From positions 13,008 to 77,007 of the forward strand of contig JBMZTC010000012.1 in the NCBI GenBank assembly GCA_049623505.1: DNA of 64,000 bases, given 5' to 3'. This DNA comes from Candidatus Puniceispirillaceae bacterium (GTDB taxonomy: Bacteria > Pseudomonadota > Alphaproteobacteria > Puniceispirillales > Puniceispirillaceae). Below the pieces are notes generated by a model. It worked only from the letters and a program-made list of their open reading frames with translations, was not told the DNA's origin and made no database searches. Both the position numbers and the translations under genes were made by a program. The first letter of the stretch is position 1. Each line of letters begins with the position of its first letter. Positions 36,584-46,745 of this stretch are shown one piece after another.

Positions 36584-37906
36584 ATGTTGAAATCCGTTTC
36601 CTCAGTTCTGGCAATCGCCGCTGCCGGCGCCTTGCTAGCAACGCCGGCCCTGGCACAGGAAGTGCCGGAGCATGGCATCTTTATCCTGAACTCATTGCTG
36701 TTTCTTGTTGGCGGCGTGCTGGTCATGTTCATGGCCTGCGGCTTCTGTATGCTGGAAGTCGGGCTTGTCCGCGCCAAGAACACCACCATGCAGCTGACCA
36801 AGAACGTGGCGCTCTTCTCGATCGCCGCGCTTGGTTATTATGTAATCGGCTATAACCTGATGTATCCGCTTGGCAGCTGGTCGGTGGACGGCATCCTGTC
36901 CGGCGTCATTGGCGTTGCGGCGATGGAAGCTGTCGGTGTCGCGCCTGACGCGGCAGACGACCTTGCCTATGCGTCCACGGCATCGGATTACTTCTTCCAG
37001 CTGATGTTCTGTGCGGCGACCGCCTCGATTGTTTCGGGCACGCTTGCCGAGCGCATCAAGCTGTGGCCGTTCCTGCTGTTCACGCTCATTCTGACAGCGC
37101 TGATCTACCCGTTCCAGGCAAGCTGGAAGTGGGGTGGCGGCTTCCTCGATGAGATGGGCTTTCTCGATTTCGCGGGGTCGACTGTCGTTCACTCCGTCGG
37201 AGGTTGGGCGGCGCTGGCCGGTGCCCTGGTTCTCGGTGCACGGACTGGGAAATACAGGGATGGCCGCGTCGTTCCAATGCCTGGTGCGAACCTGCCACTG
37301 GCAACGCTTGGTACCTTCATCCTGTGGCTTGGCTGGTTTGGCTTCAATGGCGGCTCGCAGCTTGCCATGGGCACGGTCAGCGATGTTGCCGATGTATCGC
37401 GTATCTTCGCCAACACCAATGCCGCCGCGGCTGGCGGTGCGATTGCCGCGCTGATCCTGACGCAGATTTTCTACAAGAAGGTTGATCTGACCATGGTCCT
37501 GAACGGCGCGCTTGCCGGTCTTGTGTCGATCACGGCCGAGCCGCTGACCCCGACCCTTGGCGCTGCCACGCTGATCGGTGGAATCGGTGGTGTGATCGTG
37601 GTCTTCGCGGTGCCAATGCTCGACAAGTTGAAGATCGACGATGTTGTCGGCGCCATTCCGGTACACCTGATCGCGGGTATCTGGGGCACGCTCGCCGTCG
37701 CTCTGACCAACCCGGACGCCTCGTTCGGCACACAGCTGATCGGTATTGTGACGGTTGGCGTGTTCACCTTCGTCGTCTCCTGGATTGTCTGGACGATCCT
37801 GAAGGTCACGATGGGCATCCGCGTCTCGGAAGAAGAAGAGCTTGCCGGTCTCGACAATGCCGAGCTTGGCATGGAGGCCTATCCTGAATTCGCCCGTCAG
37901 GTGTAA
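36584..37906 (+). CDS. amtB: Ammonium transporter
   Basis: FQLMFCA, DFAGSTVVH, WFGFNGGS, DDVVGAIPVH. Confidence 0.97.
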   Translation: MLKSVSSVLAIAAAGALLATPALAQEVPEHGIFILNSLLFLVGGVLVMFMACGFCMLEVGLVRAKNTTMQLTKNVALFSIAALGYYVIGYNLMYPLGSWSVDGILSGVIGVAAMEAVGVAPDAADDLAYASTASDYFFQLMFCAATASIVSGTLAERIKLWPFLLFTLILTALIYPFQASWKWGGGFLDEMGFLDFAGSTVVHSVGGWAALAGALVLGARTGKYRDGRVVPMPGANLPLATLGTFILWLGWFGFNGGSQLAMGTVSDVADVSRIFANTNAAAAGGAIAALILTQIFYKKVDLTMVLNGALAGLVSITAEPLTPTLGAATLIGGIGGVIVVFAVPMLDKLKIDDVVGAIPVHLIAGIWGTLAVALTNPDASFGTQLIGIVTVGVFTFVVSWIVWTILKVTMGIRVSEEEELAGLDNAELGMEAYPEFARQV

Positions 37907-37948
37907 CCCTGGCAGGTGAAGCTGGATATCTTCACTGAACCGACTACG

Positions 37949-37980
37949 CCCCGGCCAGTCATCCTGGCCGGGGTCTTTAC
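37949..37980 (+). terminator. Hairpin after amtB
   Basis: CCCCGGCCAG-TCATC-CTGGCCGGGG followed by TCTTTAC. Confidence 0.65.
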
Positions 37981-38075
37981 CATCCAAGCTTTCTTTACAG
38001 TTTCACTGCATTGGTCGTATCATTCGTCGACCCGGCGGGGCTGTCTGCCGAACTATTCAATCTGCCGAGCCATTT

Positions 38076-39647
38076 ATGACCGCATCGCCGAGGCCATCCC
38101 GCAATCCGTCAAGGTCAGTGCTGCTGAATGCGACCGGAATCTGCAAGCATTTTGGGGACTTCACGGCAAATGACGATGTGTCCTTCAGCATCGGTGAAGG
38201 CGAGATCCACGCCCTTCTTGGCGAGAATGGCGCCGGCAAATCAACCTTTGTGAAAATGGTCTATGGGCTTCTTCAGCCCGATTCGGGTCAGATCGAGTGG
38301 CGCGGCGCGCCAACGAACATCCGCAGCCCGCAACATGCCCGTGACCTGGGAATCGGCATGGTCTTCCAGCATTTCTCGCTGTTTCAGGCGTTGACGGTGG
38401 CGGAAAACATCGCCCTCGCGTTGCCGCCGGGCGAGTCGCTCTCCGATCTGGCGGACCGCGTTCGCCAGATGTCGGCTGAATATGGCATCGGTGTCGATCC
38501 CGATGCGCGGGTGCACAATCTGTCTGTCGGCCAGCAGCAGCGTGTCGAGATCGTGCGTTGCCTGCTTCAGGACCCCGCGCTTCTGATCATGGACGAGCCA
38601 ACCTCGGTGCTGACGCCGCAGGAAACCAGCCAGCTGTTCGACGTTCTGCGCCGCTTTTCCGAAGCTGGCGTGGCCATCCTGTTCATTTCACACAAGCTGG
38701 AAGAAATCCGCGCCCTGACCGAGCGGGCGACGGTGCTACGGCGCGGGCGCAATGTTGGAACGGTGGACACCGCCGGTCAGACCAGCAAGCAGCTTGCTGA
38801 ATTGATGGTCGGCGATCGTGTTGGTGACATTGACGGCCAGGCCAGGCCGGACATCGAGGCCCCCGCCCTTCTTCAGGTGACAGCCTTGAATCGCCCAGCC
38901 GAGACAGCTTTTGCCACGCCGCTTCGCGACATCTGTTTTGCCGCCCGCGCCGGCGAGGTTCTTGGCATCGCCGGTATTGCCGGCAATGGCCAGGATGAGT
39001 TCATGGAGGCGCTGATCGGTGAGTGGCGGGGCCGCGACGCCGATGTGATCCGCGTTGAAGGTGTCGATATCACGCGCGAGGGCCCGTCACGCCGCCGCCA
39101 GCACGGGCTTGGCTTTGTTCCGGAGGAACGAAACGGTCATGCCGCGGTTCCCAGCATGACGCTCGCCGACAACGCGCTGCTGACATCACATTCGCTTGGC
39201 GATGTGGTCACGCGCGGGCTCGTCGATTCATCGGCAACGCGCGCGATGGCGGCCGAGGTGGCTGGTGACTTCGATGTCAGGCTGCCACAGGACAATCCGA
39301 TGGCCTCGGCCTTGTCTGGCGGCAATCTGCAGAAATTTGTCGTTGGGCGTGAGATTTCCAAGCGCCCCCGCGTGTTTATCGTGTCGCAACCGACCTGGGG
39401 TGTCGATGTTGGCGCGGCGCTGTCAATCCGCACGGCGATCCTCGACCTTGCCGCGTCGGGTTCGGCGGTGGTGATGATTTCCCAGGATCTGGAGGAGATA
39501 TTCGCCATTTCACACCGGGTCGCGGTTCTGTATGACGGCGCCCTGTCCGAAGCGATGGTCACGGCGGATGTGACGCCGGAAAGGCTTGGCCTTCTGATGG
39601 GGGGCAGCGACATGGCGCCCGGAATGATGGCGGAGGCGCACGGATGA
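38076..39647 (+). CDS. ABC ATPase with two nucleotide-binding domains (purine/nucleoside CUT2 type)
   Basis: GENGAGKST, LSVGQQQ, MDEPT, LSGGNLQK, QPTWGVD. Confidence 0.95.
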   Translation: MTASPRPSRNPSRSVLLNATGICKHFGDFTANDDVSFSIGEGEIHALLGENGAGKSTFVKMVYGLLQPDSGQIEWRGAPTNIRSPQHARDLGIGMVFQHFSLFQALTVAENIALALPPGESLSDLADRVRQMSAEYGIGVDPDARVHNLSVGQQQRVEIVRCLLQDPALLIMDEPTSVLTPQETSQLFDVLRRFSEAGVAILFISHKLEEIRALTERATVLRRGRNVGTVDTAGQTSKQLAELMVGDRVGDIDGQARPDIEAPALLQVTALNRPAETAFATPLRDICFAARAGEVLGIAGIAGNGQDEFMEALIGEWRGRDADVIRVEGVDITREGPSRRRQHGLGFVPEERNGHAAVPSMTLADNALLTSHSLGDVVTRGLVDSSATRAMAAEVAGDFDVRLPQDNPMASALSGGNLQKFVVGREISKRPRVFIVSQPTWGVDVGAALSIRTAILDLAASGSAVVMISQDLEEIFAISHRVAVLYDGALSEAMVTADVTPERLGLLMGGSDMAPGMMAEAHG

Positions 39648-40750
39648 TTTCACTGACCCCCCGCAAGCAGATCCCCTTGTCGCTGACGCTGATGACGCCG
39701 GTGGTGGCGATCGCGCTGACCCTGGTCATCGGGGCGGCGATCTTCGCGATCCTCGGCTATGACCCGCTGGCGGCGTTGTATCAGTTCTTCATCGCGCCGG
39801 TGTCGCGTCCCGACCAGATTGCCGATCTGTTCGTCAAGGCCTGCCCGCTGATCATCATCGCCAGCGGCCTTGTCTTCGCCTATCGGGCGAATATCTGGAA
39901 TATCGGCGCCGAGGGGCAGATGATCCTTGGCGCCATGGCATCCGGCTTTGTGGCGCTGAGCTTTCCAAACCTTCCGGGGCTGGTGATGATGCCGGCGATG
40001 ATCCTTGCCGGCATGCTTGGCGGGCTTGCCTGGGGGATGATCCCGGCGTTGCTGAAGACGCGATTCAACACCAACGAGATTCTGGTCTCGCTGATGCTGA
40101 CCTATGTCGCCGTGCTGTTGATTGACTGGACGGTGCGCGGTCCCTGGCGCGACCCGATGTCATTCGGCTTTCCGCTGACGCCGATGTATGCCGATGCGGC
40201 GCTGATCTCGCGGGTCGAGCTTCCCGGCATTGGCCGGCTTGGCCAGCTGCACTGGGGGGTGATCGGGGCGCTGGTGATCGCCGTTATGGCGTGGTTCGTT
40301 CTGTCGCGCACGCTGACCGGATTCCAGGTCAAGGTGATGGGCGACGCGCCGCGTGCCGGCCGGTTTGCCGGCTTCAGCCCGGCCCTGGTGACAATCATGG
40401 TCATGGCCATATCGGGTGCTGCCGCCGGCCTTGCCGGCATGGTTGAGGTGTCGGCGAATATAGGCCAGCTACAGCCCGACATCTCGTTTGGTTATGGCTT
40501 TACCGCCATCATCGTGGCGTTTCTGGCGCGGCTGAATCCGTTGGCGGTGATTGCCGCCGGGCTGATTGTCGCGCTGGCCGAGCTTGGCGGGGATTCGGCG
40601 CAGATCGCGCTTGCCATGCCAAAGGTGGTCACCGGTGTCTTCAAGGGTATTTTGCTGTTCATGCTTCTGGCTGGCGAGACCTTCAACCGCTACCATGTGA
40701 CGCTCAGCCTGCCGCATCGTGCCAACCTCCAGGGAGAGAGCGGTGCTTGA
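39644..40750 (+). CDS. ABC permease (nucleoside type)
   Basis: WNIGAEGQ, NEILVSLML, GYGFTAIIVA. Confidence 0.93.
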   Translation: MISLTPRKQIPLSLTLMTPVVAIALTLVIGAAIFAILGYDPLAALYQFFIAPVSRPDQIADLFVKACPLIIIASGLVFAYRANIWNIGAEGQMILGAMASGFVALSFPNLPGLVMMPAMILAGMLGGLAWGMIPALLKTRFNTNEILVSLMLTYVAVLLIDWTVRGPWRDPMSFGFPLTPMYADAALISRVELPGIGRLGQLHWGVIGALVIAVMAWFVLSRTLTGFQVKVMGDAPRAGRFAGFSPALVTIMVMAISGAAAGLAGMVEVSANIGQLQPDISFGYGFTAIIVAFLARLNPLAVIAAGLIVALAELGGDSAQIALAMPKVVTGVFKGILLFMLLAGETFNRYHVTLSLPHRANLQGESGA

Positions 40751-41657
40751 AGATCTGATCCTGACTGTTCTGATGACCTCGGTGCCGCTTGTCTATGCGG
40801 CCACTGGCGAGCTGATCGTTGAGCGCAGCGGTGTTCTGAATCTCGGCGTTGAGGGGATGATGCTGATGGGTGCTGTCTCGGCATTTGGCATCGCCATGGT
40901 CAGCGGCAGCCTTGTTCTTGGGGTTATCGCGGGTGGGCTTGCCGGCATGCTGACAGCAGCTTTGTTCGGCGTTCTGGTGCTTGGGTTCGCCACCAATCAG
41001 GTGGCGACCGGCCTTGCCCTGACGATTTTTGGTGCCGGCCTGTCCGGTCTTGTTGGCGCGCCCCTGATCGGGCATGCCATTGAGGGGCTGCCGGTGCTTC
41101 GCATCCCGTTTCTTGCCGACCTGCCGACGCTTGGCAAGCTTGTGTTTTCGCACGATCTGATGGCCTATGGCGCTGTCATTCTGGTTGCCGCCGTCGCCTA
41201 CTTCCTGAAACGGACACGCGCTGGCCTGGTGCTGCGCGCCATTGGTGACAACCACGACAGTGCGCACGCGCTCGGATATTCGGTGCTTGGTGTGCGCTTC
41301 ATGGCGGTTTTGTTCGGTGGCTTGATGGCCGGGCTTGGTGGTGCCTATCTGCCGTTGATGCTGACCCCGCACTGGGCCGAGGGCATGACGGCAGGGCGTG
41401 GCTGGATCGCGCTGGCGCTGGTGGTGTTTGCTTCATGGATGCCATGGCGGGTTCTTGTCGGGGCGCTGATATTCGGGGGAATCACCATCATGCAGCTTGC
41501 CGGTCAGGCGCGTGGGTGGACAATCCCGTCGCAATTCCTGTCAATGCTGCCCTATCTCGCTACCATCATTGTCCTTGTCCTGATATCACGGAACAGAGAA
41601 TTTGCGCTGGCGAACTCGCCGGCATGTCTGGGGCGTGCGTTCCATGCTGGCAAATGA
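40743..41657 (+). CDS. ABC permease (nucleoside type)
   Basis: ERSGVLNLGVEG, GRGWIALALV, LPYLAT; GTG start. Confidence 0.93.
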   Translation: MLEDLILTVLMTSVPLVYAATGELIVERSGVLNLGVEGMMLMGAVSAFGIAMVSGSLVLGVIAGGLAGMLTAALFGVLVLGFATNQVATGLALTIFGAGLSGLVGAPLIGHAIEGLPVLRIPFLADLPTLGKLVFSHDLMAYGAVILVAAVAYFLKRTRAGLVLRAIGDNHDSAHALGYSVLGVRFMAVLFGGLMAGLGGAYLPLMLTPHWAEGMTAGRGWIALALVVFASWMPWRVLVGALIFGGITIMQLAGQARGWTIPSQFLSMLPYLATIIVLVLISRNREFALANSPACLGRAFHAGK

Positions 41658-41727
41658 TGTCAGACATATACTGGGAAACGCCGTCTCTATCCCCCGAGCC
41701 AATGGCTGGTCAACAAAGGAGTGAAAC

Positions 41728-42822
41728 ATGAAGAACTTAATGAAAGGCATTGCGGTTGGCCTGACCGCGCTTGCCGTATCGACAGGTGCCGCAATGGCGG
41801 AGCCGCTGAAGGTCGGGTTTCTGTATCTCGGAACGCCGGGAGACCATGGATGGACCTATGCGCACGAACTTGCACGTCAAAAGGTTGAAGCCCATTTCGG
41901 TGACAAGGTTGAAACAACCTTTGTTGAAAATGTGCCTGAAGGCCCTGATGCTGCGCGTGTCACCCGGGAGCTTGCCAATACCGGTCACAAGATTATTTTT
42001 GGCACCTCGTTCGGTTTTATGGATCCGATGCTGAAGGTTTCCAAGGACTTCCCCGATGTGAAATTCGAGCATATCACCGGCTATAAGCGGTCCTCAAACA
42101 TGGCGACTGGCAATATCCGTTTTTATGAAGGTCGTTACGTGCAGGGTATCGTTGCCGGCATGATGACGAAGACGAACAAAATCGGTTACATCGCGCCATT
42201 CCCGATCCCAGAGGCCTATCAGGGACTGAACGCCTTTGCCATTGGCATGCGTGAGGTCAACCCAGAGGCTGAGATCATGGTGATCTGGGCCAATACTTGG
42301 GAAGACCCGGTCAAGGAAGCCGACGCGGCAAAAGTTCTCGTTGCCCAGGGCGCTGATGTGATGGCACAGCACACCGACACCCCAGCCATGCTTCAGATCG
42401 CCGAAAAGGCGGGTTTGCATGGGTTTGGTCAGGCAAGTGACATGAAGAAATTCGCGCCGAACGCTCAATTGTTTTCGTCCGTGAATGATTGGTCACATTA
42501 CTACATCGAGAAGATCCAGCAGGTGATGGACGGCACATGGTCGACTGGCGAAGGTCCGGACCATTGGGCAGGCAATACCTGGAAGGGTATGGTTGATGAC
42601 TATCTCGTCCTGTCACCGTTTGAAAACATGCCGGCTGACGTTAAGGCCGCAGCTGAGAAGGCCGCTGCCAAGGTCGAAGGCGGCTACAATATCTTCACTG
42701 GTCCGATCAAGGACAATAAGGGCAATGTGGTCGTGAAGGCCGGTGAGGCGCTGAATGATGGCACGCTGTGGAGTGACATCTTCTTTTACGCAGAGGGCAT
42801 CCAGGGCGAAATGCCGGGCTAA
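41728..42822 (+). CDS. BMP-family substrate-binding protein (purine/nucleoside)
   Basis: GDHGWTYAH, GTSFGF, RFYEGRY, W.DP.KE, QHTD; Sec signal without lipobox; RBS AAGGAG. Confidence 0.93.
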   Translation: MKNLMKGIAVGLTALAVSTGAAMAEPLKVGFLYLGTPGDHGWTYAHELARQKVEAHFGDKVETTFVENVPEGPDAARVTRELANTGHKIIFGTSFGFMDPMLKVSKDFPDVKFEHITGYKRSSNMATGNIRFYEGRYVQGIVAGMMTKTNKIGYIAPFPIPEAYQGLNAFAIGMREVNPEAEIMVIWANTWEDPVKEADAAKVLVAQGADVMAQHTDTPAMLQIAEKAGLHGFGQASDMKKFAPNAQLFSSVNDWSHYYIEKIQQVMDGTWSTGEGPDHWAGNTWKGMVDDYLVLSPFENMPADVKAAAEKAAAKVEGGYNIFTGPIKDNKGNVVVKAGEALNDGTLWSDIFFYAEGIQGEMPG

Positions 42823-42850
42823 CCCTGCTGGTACAAGACAAAATACGGGG

Positions 42851-42880
42851 AGGGCATCGCCTTGGCGGTGCCCTTCTGCT
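42851..42880 (+). terminator. Hairpin after the BMP gene
   Basis: AGGGCATCGC-CTTG-GCGGTGCCCT; weak U tract. Confidence 0.55.
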
Positions 42881-42963
42881 ATTCAGACATGACTATTCCG
42901 GTGACGATCATTGGCGGGTGCCTGGCCAACACGCCGTCCCGCAAGCCCGACAGGTAACGACAT

Positions 42964-43932
42964 ATGACACGACCAAGTATCTTTGTGACACGCCGCTGGC
43001 CGCAGGCCGCCGAAGAGGCGCTCGGCGCGCATTTTGACGTTACCTTCAACAAGGATGACGCGCCGCTCTCGCAGCAGGCGCTGGCCGAGGGGTTCGCGGC
43101 GCACGATATCGCCGCGCCGACCGTATCGGACCGGATTGATGCCGATATCATCAATGCCGGCGCCGCCGGACGATGCCGCATGATCGCCAATTACGGCGTC
43201 GGGGTGAATCATATCGATCTTGCCGTGGCCGCGGCGCATGGCATTCTGGTATCGAACACGCCCGGCGTGCTGACCGACGCCACCGCCGATCTGACGCTGA
43301 CATTGATGCTGATGCTGTGTCGGCGCGCCGGCGAGGGCGAGCGTGAAGTCCGGGCCGGTGCCTGGCGTGGCTGGCGCCCGACGCATCTTGTCGGCCAGGC
43401 CATGACCGGCAAGCGGCTTGGCATCATTGGCATGGGGCGGATTGGCAAGGCTGTCGCCCACCGGGCACATTTCGGCTTTGGCATGGAAGTCGGGTTCTAT
43501 AACCGGTCGCCAGTTTCCGATGGTGCCGGCGTTGGCGGCACCCAATATGCAACCGTGGCCGAACTCTGCGCTGCCAGCGATTTCGTCAGTCTGCATTGTG
43601 CGGCGACACCCGATACCTTCCAGATTCTGGATGCCACGGCATTTGGCGCGATGTCAGCCGACACCTATGTCATCAACACCGCGCGCGGCGATGTCATCGA
43701 CGAGGCGGCACTTGTCGCGGCGCTGGAAAGCGGTGGCATCGCCGGTGCCGGTCTGGACGTTTATCAGGGCGAACCGACGATCAATCCTGCCATCCTCGCC
43801 GCACCGAACACAGTGTTGCTGCCGCATCTTGGCTCGGCAACCCGCGAGACCCGTGTCGCCATGGGGATGAAGGTTGTGGCGAATGCCAGCGCCTTTGCCG
43901 CCGGTGACCCGCTTCCCGATCCGGTGGGGTGA
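42964..43932 (+). CDS. D-2-hydroxyacid dehydrogenase (glyoxylate/hydroxypyruvate reductase-like)
   Basis: NYGVGVNHID, NTPGVLTDATAD, GMGRIG, NTARG, LDVYQGEP, LPHLGSAT. Confidence 0.93.
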   Translation: MTRPSIFVTRRWPQAAEEALGAHFDVTFNKDDAPLSQQALAEGFAAHDIAAPTVSDRIDADIINAGAAGRCRMIANYGVGVNHIDLAVAAAHGILVSNTPGVLTDATADLTLTLMLMLCRRAGEGEREVRAGAWRGWRPTHLVGQAMTGKRLGIIGMGRIGKAVAHRAHFGFGMEVGFYNRSPVSDGAGVGGTQYATVAELCAASDFVSLHCAATPDTFQILDATAFGAMSADTYVINTARGDVIDEAALVAALESGGIAGAGLDVYQGEPTINPAILAAPNTVLLPHLGSATRETRVAMGMKVVANASAFAAGDPLPDPVG

Positions 43933-45215
43933 AGCTGGTGACGGCGGCGGCGTGGATCGGTCAGGCGCGCGGGGCTTTTGACGCGGCATTGGTGGCTGGC
44001 CACCCGGCGGCTGTGACCCTTGCCGCGATGCGCCGTCTTGAAACCCCGCCAACGGCTGTCATCGCCATTGGCAAGGCGGCTGCCAGCATGGCTGGCGCGG
44101 TTCGCGAGGCTGGCTGTGATGCGCCGGGGATCATTGTCACCACCGATGAAAGCTATGCTGACATCGACGGTATGACGTCGTTCGCCAGCGCGCATCCGGT
44201 GCCGGACGAGCGTGGCCTTGCCGCCAGTGCCGCCGTTACCGCCCTGGCCGATACGCTTGGCGCGGACGATCATCTTCTGCTGCTGATCAGTGGCGGCGGA
44301 TCGGCGCTGTTGCCAGCGCCGGCGGACGGCATCAGCCTCGCCGACAAACAGGCTCTGAACGAGGCGCTTCTTGCCAGCGGGCTGGACATCCATGACATGA
44401 ACGCGGTGCGGCGTCTGTTCTCGTCGCTGAAGGGCGGGCGGTTGGCGCGTCGCGCCACACCAGCGCGAATCACCCAGTTCCTGCTGTCGGATGTGCCCGG
44501 AGACAGGTTTGAATCCATCGCCAGCGGGCCGGCCGTCGGTGATCCGGTGCCGCTTGACGACACGCTGGCCCTGATCCGCAGCAGCGGGCTGGACAGACTC
44601 GATTTCGTAAAGGCGCATCTGGTGCGGATTGAGAGTGGTGTGGCTGATCTTCCGGTCAGGCCGGAGGATCCGGCGATGGCGCATGTTGCCTCGCATCTTC
44701 TTGCCAGCAATGATCTGTGCCGGGCCGCCGCGCGCGAGGCGCTTGCCGGTGACATGGCCGACCTGCGCGAGCTTGCATTGCCGCCGTTGACCGGCGAGGC
44801 GTCGGACTGCGCCAGGCTGCTGGCGCACCAGCTTGTTGCCGCCAGCGGCGCGACCGCTGTCTGGGGTGTGACCGGCGGTGAAACAACGGTGCAGCTTGGC
44901 AATGCTGCCGGTGGTGGTACGGGCGGCAGAGCCCAGGAAATGGGCGTGGCCTTTGCCAGTGCCATGCATGAACGTGCGCCGGACCGCCCCTGGGCGGCGC
45001 TGATTGCCGGTACGGATGGTCGGGACGGGCCAACCGACGCGGCTGGCGCGATCATCAGCTCCGATCATGCCTTTGATGCGGCGGCGGCGGCGGCGGCACT
45101 TGCGGCGCATGACAGCCATCCGTTTCTGGATTCCTGCGCGGCATTGTTGCGGGTTGCGCCGACGGGCACCAATCTTGGCGATATTGCCATTTTCATTGTT
45201 GGCGGGGAGGCCTGA
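43929..45215 (+). CDS. Glycerate 2-kinase (type-2/MOFRL)
   Basis: AIGKAA, AHPVPD, LISGGGSAL, GGETTV, GTDGRDG, TGTNLGD. Confidence 0.93.
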   Translation: MKLVTAAAWIGQARGAFDAALVAGHPAAVTLAAMRRLETPPTAVIAIGKAAASMAGAVREAGCDAPGIIVTTDESYADIDGMTSFASAHPVPDERGLAASAAVTALADTLGADDHLLLLISGGGSALLPAPADGISLADKQALNEALLASGLDIHDMNAVRRLFSSLKGGRLARRATPARITQFLLSDVPGDRFESIASGPAVGDPVPLDDTLALIRSSGLDRLDFVKAHLVRIESGVADLPVRPEDPAMAHVASHLLASNDLCRAAAREALAGDMADLRELALPPLTGEASDCARLLAHQLVAASGATAVWGVTGGETTVQLGNAAGGGTGGRAQEMGVAFASAMHERAPDRPWAALIAGTDGRDGPTDAAGAIISSDHAFDAAAAAAALAAHDSHPFLDSCAALLRVAPTGTNLGDIAIFIVGGEA

Positions 45216-46655
45216 ATGAAAAATCGTGATCTTGAATATTGGGGTCGGCGGGCCGCCGAATGGTCGGCCGACTATCTTGATTCGCTTGGCAGCAAACCGG
45301 TGCGACCGCAGACAAAGCCGGGCGAGGTGATGGCCAGCCTTCCCGCCGCGCCGCCACAGCATGCTGAGTCCATTGAAGATGTCTTCGCCGATTTTGAATC
45401 TCTTGTCGTGCCGAATGTCACGAACTGGCAGCATCCGCGCTTCTTTGCCTATTTTCCGGCGAATAGCAGCCCACCCTCGATCCTTGCCGAGTGGCTGACC
45501 GCGACGATGGCGGCAAATTGCCTGCTGTGGCAGACCTCGCCGGCAGGCACCGAGATGGAAATCCATGTCCTCGACTGGTTGCGCCAGATGACCGGCATTG
45601 GCGAGGGGTGGTACGGCATCATCCAGACCGGTGCCGGCATGGCCACACTGTCGGCCATCCTGACGGCGCGGGAGAAGGCGCTTGACTGGGCCGGCAAGGA
45701 GACGGGTCTGTCCGGCCAGCCCATATTGCGGGTCTACACAACTGACCAGGCGCATTCCTCAGTGGAAAAGGCTGTGTTCCTGTCCGGTATCGGGCGCGAA
45801 AATCTGGTCAAGGTGGCGACCGATGACGATGGCGCCATGGATCCTGATGCGCTGCGGGGCGCCATCGCCGCCGACCGCGCCGCGGGGTTTGTTCCCTGCG
45901 CGCTGTGCTGTGTGATCGGGGGAACCGGTGTTGGCGCCAGTGACAGGCTGGACGAGGTTCTGCCCATTGCCGGTGACGAGGGGCTGTTCTCGCATGTCGA
46001 TGCCGCCTGGGCCGGCTCGGCGCTGATCTGTCCAGAGTTCCGCGATATCGCGCGTGGCGTGGAGCTGGCGGATTCGGTGGTGATGAACCCGCATAAATGG
46101 CTGATGACGAATTTCGACTGTTCGGCGCATTTCATCAAATCTGTCGAGGATTTTCAGAAGACGATGTCGATCACGCCGGCCTATCTGGTGACGCAGGACG
46201 CCGAGGGGATCACCGATTACTCGCAATTGACGCTGGAGCTTGGGCGGCGGTTTCGGGCGCTGAAGCTGTGGTTTGTGATCCGGTGCTACGGCGTTGCCGG
46301 CCTGCAGCAGATCATCCGCAATCATGTTGCCTGGACCGATGATCTGGCGGCGCGGATCGGGGCCACGCCCGGGTTCGAGATTACCAGCCCGCCACAGCTT
46401 GGGCTTTTCAGCTTCAGATTGCGGCCGGATGGCATGGAAGACGGAGCGGCGCTGGACGCCCTGAATGCGCGGCTTGTCGATGTGGTGAATGGCGATGGTA
46501 CGCTCTACCTTACCCAGACCATCCATCGCGGGGTCTATGTGATCCGGATCAGCATTGGTGCCACGTCGACCACCGCGGCGGATATTGATATCGCCCATGA
46601 CCGGATCGTGGCACTTGCCGCACCGATTCTGGAATCCGTTTCCGGTGCCGCGTGA
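45216..46655 (+). CDS. Group II PLP-dependent decarboxylase (aromatic-L-amino-acid decarboxylase-like)
   Basis: WQHPRFFAYFP, QAHSSV, HVDAAWAG, NPHKW, GRRFRALKLW. Confidence 0.92.
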   Translation: MKNRDLEYWGRRAAEWSADYLDSLGSKPVRPQTKPGEVMASLPAAPPQHAESIEDVFADFESLVVPNVTNWQHPRFFAYFPANSSPPSILAEWLTATMAANCLLWQTSPAGTEMEIHVLDWLRQMTGIGEGWYGIIQTGAGMATLSAILTAREKALDWAGKETGLSGQPILRVYTTDQAHSSVEKAVFLSGIGRENLVKVATDDDGAMDPDALRGAIAADRAAGFVPCALCCVIGGTGVGASDRLDEVLPIAGDEGLFSHVDAAWAGSALICPEFRDIARGVELADSVVMNPHKWLMTNFDCSAHFIKSVEDFQKTMSITPAYLVTQDAEGITDYSQLTLELGRRFRALKLWFVIRCYGVAGLQQIIRNHVAWTDDLAARIGATPGFEITSPPQLGLFSFRLRPDGMEDGAALDALNARLVDVVNGDGTLYLTQTIHRGVYVIRISIGATSTTAADIDIAHDRIVALAAPILESVSGAA

Positions 46656-46697
46656 CCGTTCCAGACACCCGGCCGGTGTCTTGCCGCAAGGCCATGG

Positions 46698-46745
46698 AAA
46701 AAGAAAAAGGGACCGGACGGCAAAGCAAGAAACCCGTCCGGCCCC
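46698..46745 (-). terminator. Rho-independent terminator for aceA
   Basis: Minus strand GGGCCGGACGG...CCGTCCGGTCCC followed by TTTTTCTTTTT. Confidence 0.8.

Noticed and set aside
43764-45755. 663-aa antisense ORF (similar cases: 31530-33446, 23786-25081, 36692-37987, 59966-61201)
   Set aside because: These lie opposite well-supported genes, have R/G/P-skewed composition and no motifs; they are the expected stop-poor shadows of high-GC codon usage
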